Source of the DNA: Waddliaceae bacterium
GTDB lineage: Bacteria > Chlamydiota > Chlamydiia > Chlamydiales > SLFE01
Length of the DNA stretch: 64,000 nt
Direction of reading: 5' to 3'
NCBI GenBank assembly: GCA_963771045.1
Contig: CAVYRW010000004.1
Span: 864,001-928,000 of the forward strand
Positions 32,706 through 41,806 of the stretch are shown piece by piece; within the stretch, counting starts at the first letter, position 1; every line of letters begins with the position of its first letter. The position numbers and the translations under genes were made by a program. Below the pieces are notes generated by a model. That model was not told the DNA's origin. It did no database searches and saw only the letters and a program-made list of their open reading frames with translations.

Positions 32706-33467
32706 GTGCTAATGATTAGGAGTTTCTCCCTCATAATGATTATTGGGGCCTGCCGGCTGGCAGCCACGCCAGTAGTTGGCGCAGAAAAAATGAACCTCTC
32801 TGAAAATGTCGGAGCTGTCGAGGTCTATTACGATCAAAAAGATCTGCAGTTTCAGGCTCCCGGGGAGAGAGAAGAGATCTCGTGGCTTCAAATCCTGTCT
32901 GTTCCTCAAAAACAGAAAAAGAAAGCGCGCCCCGTTTCCAATATGGTTTATGTCCCTCCGACAACTCTTGACAAGGGAAGCAGCTGTGTACAAGTTGAAG
33001 GGTTTTATATCGATCCTTACGAAGTGACTAACGGGGAATACGATTTGTTTATCCGCGCAACGGGAAGAGAGCCTCCGCGTACCTGGCACGACGCGGCCGC
33101 GCCCGAAGAGCTGAAAAACCAGCCTGTTGTCGGAGTCACTTATGAAGATGCCAAAGCTTTTGCCCGCTGGGCAGGGAAACGGCTCCCCACCGAAGCAGAA
33201 TGGGAAGTGGCGGCAGTCCTTGCCGAGAAAAGCGATGAGCTCTCCAACTTCAAAGATGAGGAAAAGCCGAGCGCCATGACTAACGTGGCAGAGTGGACCT
33301 CAAGTTCGTATGAAGAAACGAAAGCCTCTTCCCGCTTCAAAACCATCCGCCGCGGAACAGCGGCCAAATGCGAACTGAAGATTCCCCTTATCGATCGGGC
33401 TCCGATGCTTGAAGACGACTGTAATGACTTCACCGGCTTTCGCTGCGTTTCTGATAAGCCGCTTTAA
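32706..33467 (+). CDS. Secreted FGE-sulfatase (SUMF1) domain protein
   Basis: [30 protein letters not shown] and GFRC motifs; signal-like N-terminus. Confidence 0.85.
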   Translation: MLMIRSFSLIMIIGACRLAATPVVGAEKMNLSENVGAVEVYYDQKDLQFQAPGEREEISWLQILSVPQKQKKKARPVSNMVYVPPTTLDKGSSCVQVEGFYIDPYEVTNGEYDLFIRATGREPPRTWHDAAAPEELKNQPVVGVTYEDAKAFARWAGKRLPTEAEWEVAAVLAEKSDELSNFKDEEKPSAMTNVAEWTSSSYEETKASSRFKTIRRGTAAKCELKIPLIDRAPMLEDDCNDFTGFRCVSDKPL

Positions 33468-35962
33468 CTGATCAGTTCATCGGGATAGAGGTAAATCTGC
33501 CACTGCTGATTGTTAATCACAAGGTTTTGGTCCAGGGGAGTGAGGGTTGAATTATCATCAGCTGCCTGCCAGACTTCGATTTTTCCCGTGCCGGGATTCA
33601 CGATAAAACAAAAGTGAATATCGTGCACACCGCTGTGCAGATTCGTGTCTGCGAAGTGAATGACGGTTTTGCATAGTTTTTCTTTCAGATCTTTTGGTAG
33701 TGTTTCTACAATCAGTTGATCCACTTTCAGTTTGGTTTCGGGTGTTGGGGGGTAGAGCTCTTTCAGCAAAGATTTTCTGAATTCTTTGATGGTAGCTTTT
33801 TGGGAAATGCCGGTAATTCGAAGTTTCTTCATAAGGAGGCTTCTTTGCTCATCGCTTATCAGGGCATTCGAGACCTCGGAACCGTGGAGGAGAATTTCTT
33901 CTTCGATCCATTTTCGGGACGGTCTCTTGTCTCTCCACGCTCTTTGCAGAGCGGGAAGCCCAATCATCAACGAAAAGGCGTGATGATTGAGAATTCTGGC
34001 GGGTTTTAGGAGATGGGGGTTTTGCTTCAGCTTATCTTTTTCCTTTTCATCGAGACGCTTTCCCATAATAATGAGCCTTCTCAATAGACTTTTCCCATTT
34101 TTGGGAATGAAAACTTTTGTCTTTAGCTCAGCGCTATTGCTTAGGTAGACTTTCAAGATATCGCTTGCGTCATGGCCAAGAAGATTGATCCAAGGTGCGC
34201 TCTTGGTTTTTTGATTGGTTTTGTCGAGATGGTGAAAAAGGATTTCGTTATAGGTAGTCAGAATTGTTCCCGTAAAATCAGGGGAACTCACGTAGGATTG
34301 AAGCGTTTTAGCAAGGCCTTTATTTTTTGGATTATTTGCAAGGGTCTTTAAGACGCGGCTGATGAATCGATTGAAGTCTTTGGCATTGTCTACACGATTT
34401 AATTGTCTGAACTCTCCACATTCCTTTCCCTCATACAAGACAAAGCCTCCTTCGCTTGTTTCTTGAGGGCTTCCTATGCTGGGATCGTAAATGAGTTGAA
34501 TCGCTTTGTAAAGGGTGAAATAGAGCTGTTTTTCAAACTCCAGGGAAGAGTCTTTTGTCAGATGTTTATGAAAGACTGTCATGATTGTCTTAAGAATGCA
34601 TGATGCGAAAAAGCAGCTCGCCTGAGATTCGGCCATTCCGGCAATGGCGTTGACCCAAACTTTCAGCAAAGGATTGAATGTCACAGAGCCGAACGCAAAA
34701 CACCCTTCCTGATACAGTTTTGCCGCTGTTTTTCTTTGTACGGAGGATTTTGCTTCAAGGGTTGCTAGTTTTTCGATGATCTTCTTAGGAGTTGCCGGGG
34801 AATTCGTTGACTGGGCAATTTGTTTTAAAGTTTCTTCCGGATTGTCGAAACCCATGATTTTACAAGCGGCGGACAGTCCTGCCGAGTCCCAGAGAAAGCC
34901 TGCATCACGAATCTTTCCCAGTCTGTCGAAATCCAGTTCATTATTTAGGTTTATGTTGCTCATTTTAAGCAGAAACGGGAAGTGTTCGGTATCGCCGTCC
35001 TCTTCTCTTGTCAAGTGGCTGTACTGAAGCAAAGAGTTAAAGTCTTCGATGCACATTTTTAAATGAGACTGTTTCATATTAATGGCTAAAAATGTAGCAA
35101 AGCAGGAACGTTTTTCCTGCTGCCGTAAATGCGAGAGGAGAGCCGCTACAACAGTCCGGATAGCATGAACCTGGCGTATGGGAGCCTTCGGATCCATCCC
35201 AAGAGCGGCTCTGATGACAACTCCTGCGGGTGACTGGGGATTAATCGGGGCCCTGATGTTTTGCAGCTGATCCCTTAACATTTTCGATTGCAAAAAGAGG
35301 CAAAGAGTTTGCATTAGGCTGACATCATGGCTGAGATAAGTCTTCCTTTTCTTGGCTATCGTTTCTTTTACCCATTCCAAAAGACCCGGATTGACAACTC
35401 CTCGATCCGTGATGACAAGTTTTGCGATTTCTTGAGGAATCAGGGTGCTTTTGACGATCTTTGAAGATTGAATGCCGGTTTTTTTATTTTGAGCGACAGT
35501 TTCATTTAAACGCTTGTCGATGAGATTCACTGCCTGGGAAAACATATCTTCAAGGAAAATTTCGCCTTTCTCGGAAGAGGGAAGAGATCTTAGCTTATCC
35601 GGAAAATGATCGAGGGCAAAGAGGATCATCCCCAGTTTTTGGAGCGCATTTTCTTGTTGCGAGAGGAATCGGGCAAATTTGTATAGATTTGGATCAGAAT
35701 TGGTATTTTGTATTAGAGTTAGCTGCTCTTCTATCAACTCTTGGCTGTCATAATCGCCTCCCGAGGGAAGTCTGATTTTATCTTTGAGATCATGAATTGA
35801 AAGAGGGGACTTGATCTCCGATGTATGGCCTTCAAAGCTTAGGTATTTGCTAAGCAAACGATTTAAATAAAAATAAGAGCAACTGCCGATCTTCCACGAC
35901 TTTTCGCGTAGATTTTTTGTTTTTTCCGTGCAATTGGGTAATTGGGGAATGTACATAGCCAC
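33464..35962 (-). CDS. Hypothetical protein with a possible papain-like catalytic triad
   Basis: 832-aa ORF with [18 protein letters not shown] and HFADTN segments. Confidence 0.8.
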   Translation of the reverse strand: MAMYIPQLPNCTEKTKNLREKSWKIGSCSYFYLNRLLSKYLSFEGHTSEIKSPLSIHDLKDKIRLPSGGDYDSQELIEEQLTLIQNTNSDPNLYKFARFLSQQENALQKLGMILFALDHFPDKLRSLPSSEKGEIFLEDMFSQAVNLIDKRLNETVAQNKKTGIQSSKIVKSTLIPQEIAKLVITDRGVVNPGLLEWVKETIAKKRKTYLSHDVSLMQTLCLFLQSKMLRDQLQNIRAPINPQSPAGVVIRAALGMDPKAPIRQVHAIRTVVAALLSHLRQQEKRSCFATFLAINMKQSHLKMCIEDFNSLLQYSHLTREEDGDTEHFPFLLKMSNINLNNELDFDRLGKIRDAGFLWDSAGLSAACKIMGFDNPEETLKQIAQSTNSPATPKKIIEKLATLEAKSSVQRKTAAKLYQEGCFAFGSVTFNPLLKVWVNAIAGMAESQASCFFASCILKTIMTVFHKHLTKDSSLEFEKQLYFTLYKAIQLIYDPSIGSPQETSEGGFVLYEGKECGEFRQLNRVDNAKDFNRFISRVLKTLANNPKNKGLAKTLQSYVSSPDFTGTILTTYNEILFHHLDKTNQKTKSAPWINLLGHDASDILKVYLSNSAELKTKVFIPKNGKSLLRRLIIMGKRLDEKEKDKLKQNPHLLKPARILNHHAFSLMIGLPALQRAWRDKRPSRKWIEEEILLHGSEVSNALISDEQRSLLMKKLRITGISQKATIKEFRKSLLKELYPPTPETKLKVDQLIVETLPKDLKEKLCKTVIHFADTNLHSGVHDIHFCFIVNPGTGKIEVWQAADDNSTLTPLDQNLVINNQQWQIYLYPDELIS

Positions 35963-35992
35963 TCTATTTAATTTTATGAGTCAGGAAAAAAT

Positions 35993-36751
35993 TTAAGGGC
36001 ATGCAGGTTCTTTGCTTCTGATCAGGCTGTACTCGTGGCCGTTTTTTACTGCTTCTTCCCAAACTGTAATGGGGGTTTTCTTGTCGGATAGAAAAGTGCT
36101 TGTAATCCACATTTCATAAAATAAAGGACCTTGTCTTTTTGCTGCGTCTCTTGCGAATTCATAATATCCCGGCCTCGGGTAGATGTCATCGCTTGTATAA
36201 GAGGTATTGTCTGGGGCGTGGAAAGTGTAGGCAATGGTAAAATCAGGGGACTCGGAGACCAAATAATCATGCCACTGGGCCACGATAATCGGGACGAGAT
36301 CATAGCCGCATTCTCTTTTTCTCATCGCTGGGATGTCTTTTATAGGAACCTCCATCAATATTCCGTTTGTCACATCATGATCGGATCCGGTTGTTATGAG
36401 ATTCAGCATCCCTCTGGCTTCCGGGCACCTCGGCATGCCCCATTTGTAATGAGGCAGCAATGGGATATCGCGATTGAATGAGCGCCTCGTTCCGACAGCA
36501 ACGGCAAGATATCTGGTATCTATAGCTTCCTTGCTGAATGTTTTGGCCGCAGAATTGTTATCGAGCAGGCTTCCGAATGTAAAGATAAGAATCGATTCTT
36601 GACCTTGTTTTTTTAGCTGGAGCGGAAGATCGCTATAAGGATAACGATACACCTGGCATTTCAGCAAAGCTTCCTTGCTTTTTGCAAGGGACTCCGCAGA
36701 CAGGCTCCCAAAAAGTTGGCATGCAGCAATCAAACCCACAAGAAACTTCAT
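35993..36751 (-). CDS. Secreted gamma-glutamylcyclotransferase-fold protein
   Basis: Signal peptide; IFTFGSLL and RECGY match the GGCT/ChaC pattern. Confidence 0.6.
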   Translation of the reverse strand: MKFLVGLIAACQLFGSLSAESLAKSKEALLKCQVYRYPYSDLPLQLKKQGQESILIFTFGSLLDNNSAAKTFSKEAIDTRYLAVAVGTRRSFNRDIPLLPHYKWGMPRCPEARGMLNLITTGSDHDVTNGILMEVPIKDIPAMRKRECGYDLVPIIVAQWHDYLVSESPDFTIAYTFHAPDNTSYTSDDIYPRPGYYEFARDAAKRQGPLFYEMWITSTFLSDKKTPITVWEEAVKNGHEYSLIRSKEPACP

Positions 36752-36753
36752 CT

Positions 36754-37341
36754 TTATTGGTTTTTTTCTTTTTTTTCTTTTTCAATGCTTAAATTATTGA
36801 CGACAATGGTTAGCGGCATGCGATGCGGCATGAGCAAAAAGCCGGAAACTGTCACCAGTTCACGCTTTTTTTGAGCCTCTTGCAGCTGCTCTCTAACATC
36901 CGGGTGCAGTTGATAGGAAATAGGGTTGTTGTACTGGACATACTGGCCGCCTTTAGGTGCAGGGGCGTTTGTCAGATCAAAGCTTGTATTGTCTCCAAGT
37001 GATGTGATGCTGGCATTCTGGCCGGAAACATGGGCTGTTCCTTTGACAGTGACAAAGATTCCGTCGATGGAAAGACCGACCATCTGCATCGGACGCTTGA
37101 CCGAATGGTAGGTGAATTTTGTATTCGGTTCCCACTTGAGAAGGATTTGTCCCGGGCTGGCGCTCACTTCGGTGGTCTGCTCCATTCTTTTGAATGTGTT
37201 TTCGAGCAATTGGTCGCAACGACTGTCGCAAAGATCCTTATTATAGGTCACAACGACATTGACGATTTCGGCAACTGCTGCCTGAGCTGTAAAACAAAAA
37301 ATAACCATTAATATGGCCGCTGCTCGACTAAGGCAAAACAT
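36754..37341 (-). CDS. Secreted hypothetical protein, possibly with an HMA-like N-terminal domain
   Basis: Signal peptide ending AQA; LCDSRC Cys pair. Confidence 0.65.
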   Translation of the reverse strand: MFCLSRAAAILMVIFCFTAQAAVAEIVNVVVTYNKDLCDSRCDQLLENTFKRMEQTTEVSASPGQILLKWEPNTKFTYHSVKRPMQMVGLSIDGIFVTVKGTAHVSGQNASITSLGDNTSFDLTNAPAPKGGQYVQYNNPISYQLHPDVREQLQEAQKKRELVTVSGFLLMPHRMPLTIVVNNLSIEKEKKEKNQ

Positions 37342-37498
37342 GATACCTTCCCTCCGCTACTTTATATCTTGAAGTTAACCCCGCTCGATTAACTTGTCAA
37401 TTTTTGTGTATATCTTTATGAAAATGAATAGATTGCATAATTTCCTTCCTATTTTTTCTCCCTATGCTTATAATGAACGCTTTAATTGCTAAGCCTGT

Positions 37499-37575
37499 GG
37501 GATATTAGCTCAGTTGGTTAGAGCGCCACGTTGACATCGTGGAGGTCAGCTGTTCGAGTCAGCTATATCCCACCA
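37499..37575 (+). tRNA. tRNA-Val(GAC)
   Basis: Acceptor stem GGGATAT/ATATCCC, anticodon arm CCACG-TTGACAT-CGTGG, T-loop TTCGAGT, encoded CCA. Confidence 0.98.
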
Positions 37576-37583
37576 ATTTTCTT

Positions 37584-39134
37584 ATGAGATCCTTGCCGTT
37601 ACAGGCTTTAAGAGAAAGCGGTTCCCGCCTGATGGCCGCAGCGGTTGCGCGCGCCTTCCCAAGCGCCAAAATTTTAAGGGGAGGAGCGGCAGACATTGGA
37701 TTCTACTACGATTTTTTATTCGAACATTCCGTTGGCAAAGACGCTTTCCCGCTGATTGAGGAGCATATAAGAGCTTTAATCGTTGAAGGGGCCCATGTTA
37801 AAAGCAGCGCCATGATGCGGGAGAATGCCAGGGAATTTTTTAACTATAAAAATGAATCCTTTAAAGCCAAGGAGTTGAAATCCTGCGCCGCAGAGGTGCA
37901 AATTTTGCGAATCGGCGATTTTTATGACGAATGCCCATTGCCTCATCCATCCGACCTTAAAGGATTTAAAGCTTTAAAACTTCTTGATGTCGAAACTTTT
38001 AGCGAAAACGGTAAGGTGGTGACAAGAATAACCGGCACCATTTTTCCCGAGCAAAATCAGTTAAAAGAATTTTTAAAGAAGCTGAAAAATCATTCAAACC
38101 ATCAAGAGTTAGGTTTGCAAAAAAAAATATTCACCCCAATTTCCTCTGATGAAGGGGGTAGGTGGGTTTTGGGCCCCCTTTTTTGCGGAATCATGGATGT
38201 TGTCAAAGGGATTTGGAAGGGTTTTTGTTTCGAAATGGGCGCTGAGGTCGTTTTTAGCGGAAGTGGCAGTCCTCAAGCACTTCTATCCGCTCATGCCGCC
38301 TACAGAGCGGCGATATCCGAAAGCCTCCCTATAAGGATCGCCGAATTTTATCGTAAGCACCCTTGCCTGGCCGGTCTTCTTGGATCAAATGCATGCTGGA
38401 GCGACATGCAGCATGTCTTTTGCGAAGAGTCTCAGGTGCCACGAGAATTGAATTCTTACTTGCATTTCATTGATAAATGGAATAAAATGCTTTCTATTGA
38501 AGGTGAATGGGTTCTTGCATCCTGCGGGAAAAGAGTTCAAAAATCTTCTACTAATTGGGAAAGAGCCGAAGCTTTACTAGTCGAAGCTATTGAGAAAAAT
38601 CAAGCTATTAAGCCCTTGCAAGCCGAGATTACTGCTTCCAATATAGGGCCTAGGCTTGAATATTATTTTGTCGACGAACTGGGCCGGCGATGGCTTGGAT
38701 CCAGTTTGGGGCTTTGGAGAAGTTTCCCTAACATAAACTCAGAGTTAAGACAAGGGCCCCTATGGATAATTGGATGTTCGTTTTTTAACTCGGTTGAGCG
38801 TATAGCGGCATTGCTGCTGGAGAAAGGGAAGGGCTCGTTTCCGTTTTGGGTGCTGCCTGAACAGATGAGAATCTTTCCATTGTCTGAAAAGCAGGAACGC
38901 TATGCGGATGAAATTGAGCTTCAGTGCCGCATGCGCGGCTATAGAGCGAGGTGCGACAAGAGTAGAGGGCCTCTCTCGAAGAAGGTGGAAAAAATGGAAC
39001 GCGACGGAGTTGGTTTTGGACTTTTTATTGGGGATATTGAACAGGAAAAAAACAAAATAAGTATCCGATCGGGTTATGATCGAAGCGAGCAAAAGCTTAT
39101 TGGATTAAACGAGTTTTTCGAGCAAATTGAATAA
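37584..39134 (+). CDS. Degenerate threonyl-tRNA synthetase paralogue
   Basis: GFYYDF, DECPLPH, TRITG, GPRLE, SVER and PEQ segments plus the anticodon-binding domain; KPMNCP and IHRA motifs absent; occupies the thrS position before infC. Confidence 0.85.
   Translation: MRSLPLQALRESGSRLMAAAVARAFPSAKILRGGAADIGFYYDFLFEHSVGKDAFPLIEEHIRALIVEGAHVKSSAMMRENAREFFNYKNESFKAKELKSCAAEVQILRIGDFYDECPLPHPSDLKGFKALKLLDVETFSENGKVVTRITGTIFPEQNQLKEFLKKLKNHSNHQELGLQKKIFTPISSDEGGRWVLGPLFCGIMDVVKGIWKGFCFEMGAEVVFSGSGSPQALLSAHAAYRAAISESLPIRIAEFYRKHPCLAGLLGSNACWSDMQHVFCEESQVPRELNSYLHFIDKWNKMLSIEGEWVLASCGKRVQKSSTNWERAEALLVEAIEKNQAIKPLQAEITASNIGPRLEYYFVDELGRRWLGSSLGLWRSFPNINSELRQGPLWIIGCSFFNSVERIAALLLEKGKGSFPFWVLPEQMRIFPLSEKQERYADEIELQCRMRGYRARCDKSRGPLSKKVEKMERDGVGFGLFIGDIEQEKNKISIRSGYDRSEQKLIGLNEFFEQIE
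38460..38488 (+). promoter_or_regulatory. Putative internal sigma70/sigma66 promoter for infC-rpmI-rplT
   Basis: TTGCAT-N17-TAAAAT inside the ThrRS-like gene. Confidence 0.5.
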
Positions 39135-39149
39135 GGAAGGTAACTAAGT

Positions 39150-39662
39150 TTGAGGATAAATCAGCAAATACGCGTTCCCAAGGTCCGCGTGATTGACAAA
39201 GATGGAAATCAAATCGGAATTGTTGCGACAAAGGAAGCGCAAGCTAAGGCTGATGAATCAGGTCTGGATCTGGTTGAGATTGTTCCTGATGCCAAACCTC
39301 CGGTTTGTAAAATCATCGACTACGGTAAATTTCGATATGATCAGACAAAACGGGAAAAGGAAAGTAAGAAGTCAAGGCATGTCATTAAGGTAAAGGAAAT
39401 TAAGTTAAAGCCTAATATTGGCGTGCATGATTTTGAAACGAAATTGGCGCATGCCAAAAAGTTCCTTGGCGAAGGAAATAAGGTTAAGGTGACATGTTCT
39501 TTTCGCGGCAGGGAAATGGCTCACACGAAAATCGGTGAAGACCTGATGAAAAAGTTCTGCGAAGAATTGGATGAACTTTCAACAGTGGAAGCGCCTTTAA
39601 AACGAATGGGCCGATTCATTCATGTTGTACTGGCTCCTGCAGTCGGAAAGAAGAAAAAATAA
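39150..39662 (+). CDS. infC: Translation initiation factor IF-3 (TTG start)
   Basis: RINQQIR, LDLVEI, PPVCKIIDYGKF and FRGRE motifs. Confidence 0.97.
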   Translation: MRINQQIRVPKVRVIDKDGNQIGIVATKEAQAKADESGLDLVEIVPDAKPPVCKIIDYGKFRYDQTKREKESKKSRHVIKVKEIKLKPNIGVHDFETKLAHAKKFLGEGNKVKVTCSFRGREMAHTKIGEDLMKKFCEELDELSTVEAPLKRMGRFIHVVLAPAVGKKKK

Positions 39663-39675
39663 TGGGAGGCCATAT

Positions 39676-39870
39676 ATGCCTAAGATGAAAACAAAAAAGG
39701 CTGTTAAGTCTAAATTTAAACTGACCGGCACCGGCAAACTTTTGAGAAGAAGACCCGGTAAACGGCACATTTTAACAAAAAAAACAGCAAAACGTAAGCG
39801 TAAGCTCGGAAAACCCGCTCTTATTGCTGACACACATCTAAAAAAATATAAACAATTGATGGGACAATAA
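39676..39870 (+). CDS. rpmI: 50S ribosomal protein L35
   Basis: MPKMKTKK start, HILTKK motif, GGGAGG RBS. Confidence 0.96.
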   Translation: MPKMKTKKAVKSKFKLTGTGKLLRRRPGKRHILTKKTAKRKRKLGKPALIADTHLKKYKQLMGQ

Positions 39871-39871
39871 C

Positions 39872-40228
39872 ATGGCTAGAGTAAGAAATGCCGTCGCAAG
39901 ACGCCGCCGGAAAAATCGCATCTTTAAGAAAGCCAAAGGTTTTTGGGGCGATCGCCGCAATCATATTCGCTTAACTAAAGATGCCGTGATGCGCGCGCAG
40001 TCGAACAGCTACAGTCATCGCAAAAAGAAAAAAGGCGATTTTCGAAAACTTTGGATCACCCGTATCGGGATTGCTGCCAAGATCAATGGAATGTCTTACA
40101 GCAAGATGATGAACGGTTTGCAGAAAGCAAAATGCGAGCTCAATCGAAAGATGCTGGCAGAGTTGGCTGTATCTGATCCTGCAAGTTTTGCCGCAGTTGC
40201 CAAGCACGCACAGACTGCGTTGACTTAA
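39872..40228 (+). CDS. rplT: 50S ribosomal protein L20
   Basis: AKGFWG, FRKLWITRI and LNRKMLAELA motifs. Confidence 0.97.
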   Translation: MARVRNAVARRRRKNRIFKKAKGFWGDRRNHIRLTKDAVMRAQSNSYSHRKKKKGDFRKLWITRIGIAAKINGMSYSKMMNGLQKAKCELNRKMLAELAVSDPASFAAVAKHAQTALT

Positions 40229-40241
40229 TTAAAAACATTTA

Positions 40242-40281
40242 AACAAGTCGGGAGACTTTTTCCGACTTGTTATTTCTTTTT
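40242..40281 (+). terminator. Intrinsic terminator between rplT and pheS
   Basis: AACAAGTCGG...CCGACTTGTT stem followed by ATTTCTTTTT. Confidence 0.7.
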
Positions 40282-40289
40282 GGTGGGAC

Positions 40290-41312
40290 GTGAAAGAAAC
40301 GCTGAAATCTATTCTTGGTGAATTTGAAAAGGACATTCGAGAGGTTCAATCGTCTGCCGATGTCGAGGTGCTTGAAGTCAAATACCTCGGGAAAAAAGGA
40401 CCCGTTCAGGATTTGATGAAGCTTTTAAGAGGAGCCGATCCGTCCGAGCGACCTAAACTCGGCAAAGAGATCAACGACCTTAAAATTTCAATCGCAAACA
40501 ATATCAAAAGGAAGTTAACAGAGCTGCAAGCGGGAGAAGAGGAAAAACGGCTTGCCGACGAGGTTATCGACATTACACTGCCCGGCAGGCGGCGGTATCC
40601 GGGAGCTAAACATCTTGTGACTCGGGTTCTGGATCAGTTGATAGACATTTTGGTTGAAATGGGCTTTTCCGTTCAGTATGCCCCTGAGATCGACACCAAT
40701 TACTACAATTTCCAGGCATTGAATTTTCCTCCTAACCATCCCGCTATGGATATGCAGGACACATTCTATATTACTGATGATGTTTTGCTCAGAACTCATA
40801 CAACAAATATTCAGCCCCGGTTTATGGAAACTCATGAACCGCCAATCCGGATTATTTCTCCCGGAAGGTGTTATCGAAACGAAGATGTGAGCGCCAGATC
40901 GCATGTATTCTTTCATCAGGTCGACGGGTTTTATGTCGATAAAGGCGTTTCCTTTGCAGACCTTCTGTCGACTATGGAAACTTTTGCCAAACGGCTCTTC
41001 GATCCTTCTATTGAAGTCAAATTCCGTCCGAGCTATTTTCCGTTCGTCGAGCCCGGCGTTGAGCTGGACATTTCCTGTCTTGTCTGCGGAGGCGAGGGGT
41101 GTCCTATCTGCAAACATACAGGATGGCTTGAGGCCGCAGGAGCCGGTATGGTTCATCCCGAGGTCCTTAGAAACGGCGGCATTGATCCGGAAGTTTACTC
41201 CGGATATGCCTGGGGAATCGGCATCGAGCGGCTTGTAATGCTTAAGTACGGCATCAAAGACATCCGCATCTTTACCGAAAACGACCTAAGGTTTCTCCGT
41301 CAATTTGTCTGA
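40290..41312 (+). CDS. pheS: Phenylalanine--tRNA ligase alpha subunit
   Basis: HPAMDMQDTF, LLRTHT, FHQVDG, FPFVEP and GIGIERL motifs. Confidence 0.98.
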   Translation: MKETLKSILGEFEKDIREVQSSADVEVLEVKYLGKKGPVQDLMKLLRGADPSERPKLGKEINDLKISIANNIKRKLTELQAGEEEKRLADEVIDITLPGRRRYPGAKHLVTRVLDQLIDILVEMGFSVQYAPEIDTNYYNFQALNFPPNHPAMDMQDTFYITDDVLLRTHTTNIQPRFMETHEPPIRIISPGRCYRNEDVSARSHVFFHQVDGFYVDKGVSFADLLSTMETFAKRLFDPSIEVKFRPSYFPFVEPGVELDISCLVCGGEGCPICKHTGWLEAAGAGMVHPEVLRNGGIDPEVYSGYAWGIGIERLVMLKYGIKDIRIFTENDLRFLRQFV

Positions 41313-41343
41313 CGAAATTTAATGTGAGTGAATGATCGCCTAA

Positions 41344-41714
41344 GCAACTCTTCTCGATACGAAAAATTGTCAAGATCCAGAAAAAACGACAGCAAAAGAT
41401 AGACGCATCGGCTTTCAGCTTGCGCGTATGGCTTGGGAGCTGGATCCAAATCCTCTCTATGGAGCGGATTGATACCGAGGGCTATTCCTATTCATAGCAG
41501 TACTTTCTTATTTTAAAAATCAGCCCGCCTTAATCAAACGTCTCCGCTCCCACGTAAACGAAGGGGATTGAAGCAAGTATTTAAGCGTAAATGGCAAGCT
41601 GATATTCGATCAGCTTGCTCGCCGTCCATAGCTAAAGCTATGCACTCCTTGTAAAATAAGCAATTCCTTGGCTGGAGTTCCAAAATCATCTACCTCAACT
41701 TTATGAGAAGTTGC
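41344..41714. repeat. Structured intergenic element, possibly a MITE or palindromic repeat
   Basis: Imperfect terminal IR GCAACTCTTCTC / GAGAAGTTGC; hairpins at 41594-41618 and 41627-41642. Confidence 0.35.
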
Positions 41715-41806
41715 CGTAAATGAACATTTACTAATGAAAAGAATATTGTCTTTGGATATTATCAGGTTAGGGTTTTATAACACGCTTACCTTGAACTGAA
41801 TAAATA

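Noticed and set aside
37539..37583. ORF-track GTG start for the ThrRS-like gene
   Set aside because: It lies inside tRNA-Val; ATG 37584 is preferred
40229..40289. T-box or pheM-like attenuator upstream of pheS
   Set aside because: The gap is only about 60 bp, with no Phe-rich leader peptide or T-box consensus
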